64,000 bases of DNA from an uncultured Verrucomicrobiae bacterium (GTDB taxonomy: Bacteria > Verrucomicrobiota > Verrucomicrobiia > Limisphaerales > Palsa-1400). The stretch is from contig CAVPOM010000016.1 of assembly GCA_963707025.1 (NCBI GenBank), positions 124,047-188,046 on the forward strand, written 5' to 3'. A model generated the notes under the pieces. That model was given only the letters and a program-made list of their open reading frames with translations. It was not told the DNA's origin and did no database searches. A program made the position numbers and the translations under genes. Below, one piece after another: positions 9,904 through 17,745 of the stretch; within the stretch, counting starts at the first letter, position 1; every line of letters starts with the position of its first letter.

Positions 9904-10818
9904 TTAACGGGCTTGAGGCGCATCGTGGAATTCGAGCAGGTGAACTTTGTTCTTATATGTAACCTCCACTTTGGCAACCGACTCCGGATGAGCAGTCGTG
10001 ATCTTGAAATAAACGACCTCTTGGATGGCGTCGGAAACTCCATTCCCAACGCCAGCGACGCCATCCGTGTCCGCCGCAGTTGGCTGACACTGAATTTCCG
10101 TCCCTGTGCTGTCAAACACTCGAACTTTAACATCTCCGGCATGAATTCGCCACGCCTGTGGATGTACAATACTGACCTGCATCAACCCCGGCGGTTGGCT
10201 ATCGCCCCAGCATGCCGAGATGCCATAGTCGTCCACCCGATCTACTTTTGTTTGCTTTCTGATAATTGTATTAGTGGTTGCCTGGTTCGTATCCGCCGCT
10301 TGCTGGGCATTAGAGGATGCCTCCGGCCGCGGCGGCATCGCCCCGTCCTTGGCCTGCTCCCATGAAACGACGATTTCATACAAATCTGCGCCGCCGAAGG
10401 AGTCGTCATCGAACGTAATCCCCAGCGTTTCATCGTTTTGCGAGTTTGGCATCTGGGTGATGGTGACCGGTCCGCGGCAGGCCAGTTTTGAGATTTTAAT
10501 TTTCGCCGGGTCGCCGGGCCGGAAGGCGGGACTCACACCGCCATACGGTTCGCTCACGTTTCCATTCCATTGGAGATTCCAGGCCTTGCCATTGAAATAC
10601 ATGGGGTTGACAGGCAATTGCCATGATTGGTGCTCGAACCACAGTTTGTTGCCTCTTATCATCACAACGTCCTTTCCATCAATATAGGCCTTGATCCGCA
10701 AAGAAGGTGGTCGAGACTCGCAGCCATTCCAGAGGACCAAGCCCGCCATTCCGATGAGAAGCGCCGCCACCGGGCTCAATTGGTTCCTGGCTTGCTGCAA
10801 TGGCCAGATTGCTTTCAT
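9904..10818 (-). CDS. Hypothetical exported protein, possible lipoprotein
   Basis: 304-aa ORF; hydrophobic leader ending LVLWNG-C; two beta-rich regions separated by a Q/T/A linker. Confidence 0.65.
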   Translation of the reverse strand: MKAIWPLQQARNQLSPVAALLIGMAGLVLWNGCESRPPSLRIKAYIDGKDVVMIRGNKLWFEHQSWQLPVNPMYFNGKAWNLQWNGNVSEPYGGVSPAFRPGDPAKIKISKLACRGPVTITQMPNSQNDETLGITFDDDSFGGADLYEIVVSWEQAKDGAMPPRPEASSNAQQAADTNQATTNTIIRKQTKVDRVDDYGISACWGDSQPPGLMQVSIVHPQAWRIHAGDVKVRVFDSTGTEIQCQPTAADTDGVAGVGNGVSDAIQEVVYFKITTAHPESVAKVEVTYKNKVHLLEFHDAPQAR

Positions 10819-10912
10819 GCCCAGACCATACGACCAAAATTCTGGCTGGTCGAGCTAAACTGCGCTTGGATTTTGCGATGGAGGATCCTCGTTGCCTCCG
10901 GCGTATGCCCGG

Positions 10913-11029
10913 TCAAGCGCGCTTTCGAGCGAAGAGCGTAAACTTCAGCTTGGCCTTCCTGCCTTGAGCAAGCCGGATGTTCGCGTCCACGAACACCGTT
11001 TCATCATCCGGGATGTCATCAAGATTCAC
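10913..11029 (-). pseudogene. Truncated PIN-domain (VapC-like) toxin
   Basis: GTG overlaps the antitoxin stop (GTGA); MNLDDIPDDETVFVDANI is a PIN N-terminus, then the sequence diverges and stops after 38 aa. Confidence 0.7.
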
Positions 11030-11268
11030 TGATTGTAAAAGTCGGCTTCCATGTTTTCTTTGAACTGTTCCGGCGTGAGCTTGAAAGGCTCCCTCGCCAG
11101 AAAACGCCGGAGGCCGGACTTGGGCAAGATGCGGCTCTTGGGCCGGTGCAGGTAATCCAGCACGGCGGTCTGAATGACCTCGCCAATGGGCTGGCCGTCA
11201 TCGGCTGCCCGCCGTTTTAGTTCGTCGAAAACTTCCTCTTCCAATTCTGTTCCAATTTTGCGTTTCAT
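11026..11268 (-). CDS. Putative antitoxin (ribbon-helix-helix-like)
   Basis: 80 aa, MKRKIGTELEEEVFDELKRRAADDGQPIGEVIQTAVLDYL; coupled to the PIN remnant. Confidence 0.7.
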   Translation of the reverse strand: MKRKIGTELEEEVFDELKRRAADDGQPIGEVIQTAVLDYLHRPKSRILPKSGLRRFLAREPFKLTPEQFKENMEADFYNQ

Positions 11269-11634
11269 AATTTGATTTGCCGCTGAGGCAAGTCAGGGCG
11301 ACACCACACGATAGAAACGCCGGCTGAAATTGACGGCGGATGGATCCAGGCAGATCGTGTTGGCGCCGTTGCCATAGAACGCGCCAAGCGTGATCCAATC
11401 GCTGAGGTTGGTCGAAGCCTCATAACGCGTACCTCCGCATCAGAAGACACGCCTCACCCATTGTCAAGCAGGAAGGATGGAGGCAAACGGGATGAGGCGC
11501 AGGAGAAAAGAGGTTCTTGCCCGCGATTGCTTCTGTCCGCAGACGCAAGTGCGAACACAACTTCACCCAGAGTTCACACGATTGCAGTTTGGATGCCACA
11601 GTTCGCTGTTACCTTGCTTAAAAATTGGAGAAAC

Positions 11635-11922
11635 ATGATCGCTAAAATCGCGAAACGAAGGGCCATTGGCGTAAACACCCAAACCAGCCGGGAGTTGAGA
11701 AACGAACTGGAGGACATTGTGACCTTGCGCGCCCAGGGTTTGCTCAACCAAAGCGAATACGAGGAGAAGCTCCAGGAAGTTGAGCGTTCTTTGCCTCAAA
11801 CAGCATGTCTGGCGGAAGTCGCCCTGCCCGGCGGGGGAACCTGTTTTGTTTTGCGTGAGTCCGGCGCAGGCCGCGTCCTTGCGGCGTTTGAATTTCAGCA
11901 CGGGCGCCCGGTTGAGAATTAG
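11635..11922 (+). CDS. Small protein with SHOCT-like motif
   Basis: GGAG RBS; ELEDIVTLRAQGLLNQSEYEEKLQEV resembles the SHOCT consensus. Confidence 0.55.
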   Translation: MIAKIAKRRAIGVNTQTSRELRNELEDIVTLRAQGLLNQSEYEEKLQEVERSLPQTACLAEVALPGGGTCFVLRESGAGRVLAAFEFQHGRPVEN

Positions 11923-12335
11923 CCATGACCCTTGCGACGGGGCGGGTATGGCCAGGATGTGCCGAAATGTCCGCACAGCATCTTCGTTCGCGACAGGAGT
12001 TTCCCGGAGGGGCGGTTAAGATGGTACGGGATGCCATTACCGCTCCTCCTGGAGATGCAGTCCTTAAGCACTCCCGGCCTCGGGCTTGGCCGAGGGCCTG
12101 CGCGGCGAACCGGCAGTTCCAGGCGCTGAGATGAAGGGATCTATTCCCAGCCGGATTGCAGATTACATTTGATGCGCTCGCGGGCTTCCGAGGAGAGCAC
12201 CGGCTGCAATGAAGGCGGCTCGCAGTCCGAAGCGCGCTCTTTGGCCGCCGAGATCAGGAATAGTTCCCGCGCACATCACGGCGCCGAGGCACGTTACCCA
12301 CATTTTCGTCCATGATTAAATCCGCGAAATTCTTC

Positions 12336-12361
12336 GCCCTTTCGGCTTAGATTTCTCGTAT
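12336..12361 (+). promoter_or_regulatory. Putative ECF-sigma promoter upstream of the kinase
   Basis: gccctttcggcttagatttctcgtat aligns without gaps to 17656-17681. Confidence 0.55.
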
Positions 12362-12385
12362 ATAATGGTGAATGATTGAATCGCC

Positions 12386-15300
12386 ATGAACGAACCGCCG
12401 AACCCCGAAGTTACGGTATTTGCCGGCGCCCTGGAATTGCCCGCAGAGCAACGCGGCGCGTACTTGGACCAAGCCTGCGCGGGCGAAGCCGCCTTGCGCC
12501 GACAGGTCGAAGCCTTGCTCCGGGTGCATGAGGAGGCCGGCAATTTCTTTGATAAACTGGCACCGGTGGCGCGGGCCGCTTCCACCCGGGAGCTGATGCC
12601 TGGTTTGAGCGGCGACGCTCAAATTCCCGGCCTCCTTTCCGAGAAGGCGGGCGACCGGATTGGCCGCTACAAACTGCTGCAACAGATTGGCGAAGGCGGT
12701 TGCGGCGTGGTCTATATGGCCGAGCAGGAGGAACCGGTCCGCCGGAAAGTAGCCCTGAAAGTCGTCAAGCTGGGCATGGATACCAAGAATGTCATCGCCC
12801 GCTTCGAAGCCGAGCGGCAGGCGTTGGCGTTGATGGACCATCCCAACATCGCCAAGGTGCTCGAGGCCGGCGCGACGGAAACCGGGAGGCCTTACTTCGT
12901 GATGGAACTGGTGCGCGGCATCAAAATCACCGAATATTGTGACGAGGCCAATCTATCAACGCGCGAACGGCTTAATCTTTTCCTCCAGGTCTGTCAGGCC
13001 ATCCAGCACGCGCACCAAAAGGGGGTGATTCATCGCGACATCAAGCCCTCGAACATTTTGGTGGCGGACCACGATGGGATGCCAGTGCCCAAAATCATTG
13101 ATTTTGGCATTGCCAAGGCGACGACCGACCAGCGGCTGACGGACAAAACAGTCTTTACCGCCTTTGAGCAGTTTATCGGCACGCCGGCCTACATGAGTCC
13201 CGAGCAAGCCAGGCTGAGCGGGCTGGACATAGACACGCGCAGCGACATTTATTCGCTGGGCGTTCTGCTGTATGAGTTGCTGACCGGCAAGACCCCCTTC
13301 GAGGCCAAGCGGTTGCTGGAAGCGGGTTTGGATGAAGTGCGCCGCATCATCCGGGAAGAGGAGCCGGTGCCGCCTTCGACCAGGCTGCACACGCTGGAGG
13401 CGGCGGAACGGACGACGGTGGCCAGGCGCCGCCAATCGGATCCTCCCAAACTGGTGCATCTGATTCGCGGCGACCTGGACTGGATCGTGATGAAGACGCT
13501 GGAGAAGGACCGGAGACGGCGCTACGAGACGGCCAACGGTCTGGCGATGGACATTCAGCGGCACTTGGGGAACGAAGCGATCATGGCCCGCCCACCGAGC
13601 AGCCTGTATCGGTTTCAGAAACTGGTTCGCCGGAACAAGCTGGCCTTTGGCGCGGCCGGGGCCGTTGTCCTGGTGCTCTTGCTCGGGGTTGTCGTGAGCG
13701 CCTGGCAGGCGGTGCGGGCCACACGCGCGGAGCATGAGCAGAGCCGGTTGCGGGCCAACGAGGCCCAATTGCGCCAAGAGGCCCAAGCCGCCGAGGCGGG
13801 GGCCTTGCAGCAGGCGGAACGGGCGGAAGCGGCCTCCACTGAGACGAGCAGAACCCTGTCGGCCTCCGATTTTTTGCAAGCGGTCCGGCTCATGGCCGAA
13901 GATAATGCGAATGATGCCTTGCCGTTCCTGGCGCGGAGTCTGTCTGCAAATCCGAGCAATGCGGCCGCAATGACACGACTGACGACGCTATTGACCTATC
14001 AGTCGTGGATGGCGCCCAGTTTGATTTTGAAGCCAACGGGCGAGCTGAAATCGGCCCAATTCAGTCCGGACGGAAGCCGCATTCTCACGGTCGCCGGCAG
14101 CGAGGCCCGCGTCTGGGACGCGCAGACCGGGCGGCCGGTGAGCGAGGAGATGAAGCACCGCATGGCCATTCAATCGGCCCAATTCAGTCTGGATGGGAAA
14201 CGGATTGTGACCGCTTCAATGGACAAGACAGCCCGGGTGTGGGATGCGCAGACCGGCCAGCCTCTGACGGATCCTATGACCCACAGTAATGGGGTGGCAT
14301 CCGCCGATTTCAGCATGGATGGAATGCGAATTCTCACGACTGCATTCGACGCCACAGCCCGCGTCTGGGACGCGCAGACCGGTGAGCCCCTGACAGATCC
14401 CATGAAGCATCCCGACATCAAAGACTCGAGCAATAATTCTGCGAAAGGGTCTGGAAATGTGTACAGTCAAAACGTAGTGGGCTACATGCACACCGAGGAC
14501 GGACGAACCGAGATGTTGAGTCTCAAGTCCATGCGCGCCCAATTTAGTCCCGATGGGAAGCGAATCGTGACCACGACGGACAAGACAGTGTTTGTCTGGG
14601 ACGTGCAGGCGGGCAAGCCGCTGACAGAACCTCTAAAACACGGCAGCGCCGTTCTCTCAGCGCAGTTCAGTTCCGATGGGAGGTGGATTGTCACGGCTTC
14701 CGCGGACGGAACAACTCGTGTCTGGGATGCACAGACCGGCCAGCCGCTGGCCAAGCCTTTAGAACACCGCCAGCCGCTGCTATCAGCGCGATTCAGTCCG
14801 GATGGGAAGCGGTCGGTCCCGGCTCCGTCGGCAAGAATCGTTTGCGTATGGGATGCGCAGAGCGGCCAGGTGCTTGCGCAGCCTGTTAGGGACGTCACGT
14901 CGCACCAATTCAGCCCGGATGGCACGCGCATTGTCACTGTTTCGCCGGACAACAGCGCCGGCGTGTGGAACAAAGAAATTGGCGAAGCGCTGCCCAGCCC
15001 CATCAAAAACCGATCCCGTGTGACCTCAGCCGAATTCAGTCCCGACGGGAAGCGCATCGTCACCGCTTCGCGGGATAAGACAGCTCGCGTGTGGGATGCA
15101 CAGACGGGCCAGCCCCTGACCGAGCCGATGGCACACGGCCACTGGGTGAACTCAGCACACTTCAGTCCCGACGGGAAACGAATTGTCACCGCTTCGCGGG
15201 ACAAGACAGCCCGGGTGTGGGATGCGCAAAGCGGCCAGCCCCTGACTGAGGCTTTGCAACACAGTAATTCGGTGGCATCGGCCGAATTCAGTCCGGATGG

Positions 15301-17035
15301 GAAACGGATTGTCACCGCTTCGGAGGACGGAGCCCGGGTGTGGGATGCGCAGACGGGCCAGCCCTTGACCGAGCTTATGACCTACGGCCAATCGGCGTCG
15401 GAGGACGGCACCCGCCTGTGGAGTGGGAGCAGATCAGCACACTTCAGTCCCGACGGGAAACGAATTGTCACCGCTTCGGGCTTTGGAGCCAGGGTGTGGG
15501 ATGCGCAGACGGGCCAACCCGTGGCCGAGCCTGTGACACACGGCCACTGGGTGAACTCAGCAAACTTCAGTCCCGACGGCAAGGCCTTTGTCACCGCTTC
15601 GCAGGACAAGACCGCCCGGGTGTGGGATGCACAGACTGGTCAGCCCCTGACCGAGCCATTGAAACACGGTGGCAGCCTTGGTTCAGCCCAATTCAGTCCG
15701 GATGGGAAGCGGATTGTCACCACTTCGTACGACGCGACAGCCCGCGTGTGGGATGCGCGGAGCGGCCAGCCGCTGACCGAGCCGCTGAAACACAACCAGG
15801 GAGTGGAGTCAGCGCAGTTCAGTTCTGACGGGAAGCGGATCGTCACGGCCGCGTGGGACGAGACCGCGCGGGTGTGGGATGCGCAGACGGGCCAGCCCCT
15901 GACTGAGCCTTTGAAACTCGCCGGCGTGGGCGCAGCCCACTTTGATCCCGACGGGAAGCGAATCGTCGCCGCTTCGGGCCGCGTCTGGGACCTCGCGCCA
16001 ACGCCAGCGAGATTTCCAGATTGGTTAATTCAGCTTAGTGAAGCCATTTCCGGACAGGTGCTCAACCAACAGGGTATCTTGGAGCCGACGAGACTGAACC
16101 GCATCGAAACCATCAACCGGATTCGACAGAAACTGGACCAGGACGCGGGCAACGACGATTGGGTCATGTGGGGGCGCTGGCTGCTGGCCGATCGCGCCAC
16201 CAGAACCATCTCTCCCTTTTCCAAAATCACGGTTCCCGAGTACATCGGGGATCGGATCCAAGAGGACACCGTTGAATCCCTGGCCGAGGCGGAGCAGTTG
16301 GCCTATGAAAACGGCGAGCCGGCACAGCTCATCCGGCAGGCTCACCAGGCACTGGAGCAAGCCGAGGAACGAAAGTACCAGATCGCGTCGCTGCAATCAG
16401 ACGCGACTGGCCACGCCCGCGCCGGTCGGTGGACAAATGCGATTGCGGCCTTTTCAAAGCTGATCGAGTTGGACCCAACAAACCACTACTTTTACCACTC
16501 GCTCGCGCCGCTCCTGGTTCAGAACGCTGACCTGGAAGGCTACCGCCGTCATTGCGCGCGGATGCTGGCCCGATTCGGCGGGACCAGCGACGCCGTCATC
16601 GCAGAACGGCTGGCCAAGGATTGCCTGATCCTGTCTTCTTCCGGCGTGGACCTTGGAGCCGTCGGCCAATTGGCTGAGACTGCCGTGAAGGATTCGGAGT
16701 GCTTTGAAACCAAAGGATTGGTGGAATATCGCCAGGGACACTTTACTGAGGCGGCGGCGTGGGCAGGCAAAGCCATTGACAAGAAGTCATCCCAGGCAAC
16801 CCAGTATCTTGAAGCTTACATGGTTTTGGCCATGACCAAGCATCAAATGAACCAAATGGAGGAAGCGCGCGCGGCCTTGGCCAAGGGGCTTGCGATTGAA
16901 GAAAAGGAATTGCCGCAACTGGACAGCGGCGACCTCGGCCACGACTGGCTGGACTGGATCATCGCGCACGCCCTCCTGAAAGAAGCCCGGGGGCTGATTG
17001 AAGGCAGCTCGAAAGCGGGCGACGAGATAAAGTGA
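12386..17035 (+). CDS. Hanks-type Ser/Thr protein kinase with TM segment, WD40 repeats and C-terminal TPR-like region
   Basis: GEGGCGVVY, VALKVVK, HRDIKPSN, DFGIAK, GTPAYMSPEQ, DIYSLGV; about 14 repeats of FSPDGKRIVTASxDKTARVWDAQTGQPL. Confidence 0.95.
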   Translation: MNEPPNPEVTVFAGALELPAEQRGAYLDQACAGEAALRRQVEALLRVHEEAGNFFDKLAPVARAASTRELMPGLSGDAQIPGLLSEKAGDRIGRYKLLQQIGEGGCGVVYMAEQEEPVRRKVALKVVKLGMDTKNVIARFEAERQALALMDHPNIAKVLEAGATETGRPYFVMELVRGIKITEYCDEANLSTRERLNLFLQVCQAIQHAHQKGVIHRDIKPSNILVADHDGMPVPKIIDFGIAKATTDQRLTDKTVFTAFEQFIGTPAYMSPEQARLSGLDIDTRSDIYSLGVLLYELLTGKTPFEAKRLLEAGLDEVRRIIREEEPVPPSTRLHTLEAAERTTVARRRQSDPPKLVHLIRGDLDWIVMKTLEKDRRRRYETANGLAMDIQRHLGNEAIMARPPSSLYRFQKLVRRNKLAFGAAGAVVLVLLLGVVVSAWQAVRATRAEHEQSRLRANEAQLRQEAQAAEAGALQQAERAEAASTETSRTLSASDFLQAVRLMAEDNANDALPFLARSLSANPSNAAAMTRLTTLLTYQSWMAPSLILKPTGELKSAQFSPDGSRILTVAGSEARVWDAQTGRPVSEEMKHRMAIQSAQFSLDGKRIVTASMDKTARVWDAQTGQPLTDPMTHSNGVASADFSMDGMRILTTAFDATARVWDAQTGEPLTDPMKHPDIKDSSNNSAKGSGNVYSQNVVGYMHTEDGRTEMLSLKSMRAQFSPDGKRIVTTTDKTVFVWDVQAGKPLTEPLKHGSAVLSAQFSSDGRWIVTASADGTTRVWDAQTGQPLAKPLEHRQPLLSARFSPDGKRSVPAPSARIVCVWDAQSGQVLAQPVRDVTSHQFSPDGTRIVTVSPDNSAGVWNKEIGEALPSPIKNRSRVTSAEFSPDGKRIVTASRDKTARVWDAQTGQPLTEPMAHGHWVNSAHFSPDGKRIVTASRDKTARVWDAQSGQPLTEALQHSNSVASAEFSPDGKRIVTASEDGARVWDAQTGQPLTELMTYGQSASEDGTRLWSGSRSAHFSPDGKRIVTASGFGARVWDAQTGQPVAEPVTHGHWVNSANFSPDGKAFVTASQDKTARVWDAQTGQPLTEPLKHGGSLGSAQFSPDGKRIVTTSYDATARVWDARSGQPLTEPLKHNQGVESAQFSSDGKRIVTAAWDETARVWDAQTGQPLTEPLKLAGVGAAHFDPDGKRIVAASGRVWDLAPTPARFPDWLIQLSEAISGQVLNQQGILEPTRLNRIETINRIRQKLDQDAGNDDWVMWGRWLLADRATRTISPFSKITVPEYIGDRIQEDTVESLAEAEQLAYENGEPAQLIRQAHQALEQAEERKYQIASLQSDATGHARAGRWTNAIAAFSKLIELDPTNHYFYHSLAPLLVQNADLEGYRRHCARMLARFGGTSDAVIAERLAKDCLILSSSGVDLGAVGQLAETAVKDSECFETKGLVEYRQGHFTEAAAWAGKAIDKKSSQATQYLEAYMVLAMTKHQMNQMEEARAALAKGLAIEEKELPQLDSGDLGHDWLDWIIAHALLKEARGLIEGSSKAGDEIK

Positions 17036-17613
17036 GCGACGTGACCCGCATTCTTGACTCCATCCAGCACGGCGACCGGAAGGCCGCCGATGAGTTGTTG
17101 CCGCTGGTCTATGCGGAATTGCGCAAGCTGGCGGCATATAAAATGGCTCACCTTGCGGCGGGTCACACGCTCCAGCCCACCGCCCTGGTGCATGAGGTCT
17201 GGCTGCGCCTGGCCGGCAGCGACAACCCGACCTTTGAAAATCGCGCCCATTTCTTCGCCGCCGCCGCCGAGGCCATGCGCCATCTTCTCATTGACAACGC
17301 CCGCCGCAGACTGGCCCGCCGTCACGGCGGCGGCCTGCAGCGGGTGGATTTTGAAAACGTGGACATCGCCATGCCCGCCGACGAGGACCATCTCCTGGCT
17401 GTCAATGACGCGCTCGACCAACTGGCCGCGCGCAGCCCGGTCGAGGCCCAGGTTGTCAAATTGCGTTTCTTCGTCGGCATGACCGTCGCGGAATCGGGCG
17501 AAGTTCTGGGCCTGTCCGAACGCACCATCAAGCAATACTGGTCTCACGCCAAGACCTGGCTCTACCGCGAAATTCAGAGCAAGTCGGGAGGGGCGGCCCC
17601 CGGGAGTCCCTAA
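17032..17613 (+). CDS. ECF sigma factor of the kinase-associated Planctomycetes/Verrucomicrobia type (TIGR02999-like)
   Basis: MSDVTRIL...AADELLPLVYAELRKLAA...TLQPTALVHEVWLRL...NRAHFFAAAAEAMR...VVKLRFFVG; GTGA overlap with the kinase. Confidence 0.92.
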   Translation: MSDVTRILDSIQHGDRKAADELLPLVYAELRKLAAYKMAHLAAGHTLQPTALVHEVWLRLAGSDNPTFENRAHFFAAAAEAMRHLLIDNARRRLARRHGGGLQRVDFENVDIAMPADEDHLLAVNDALDQLAARSPVEAQVVKLRFFVGMTVAESGEVLGLSERTIKQYWSHAKTWLYREIQSKSGGAAPGSP

Positions 17614-17655
17614 CAGCCTGAGGCGCGCTCTTTTTGGCCTTGCTTAAATCAATCC

Positions 17656-17681
17656 GCCCCTTTTTCCGTGCAATCTCGTAT
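17656..17681 (+). promoter_or_regulatory. Putative ECF-sigma promoter upstream of the NHL gene
   Basis: gcccctttttccgtgcaatctcgtat, same spacing as 12336-12361. Confidence 0.55.
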
Positions 17682-17745
17682 GTCCTTCTGAATGGGCGGA
17701 ACGACCCATTTCTCAACAATGAAGCTTAAATTGGAAGGCAACATT

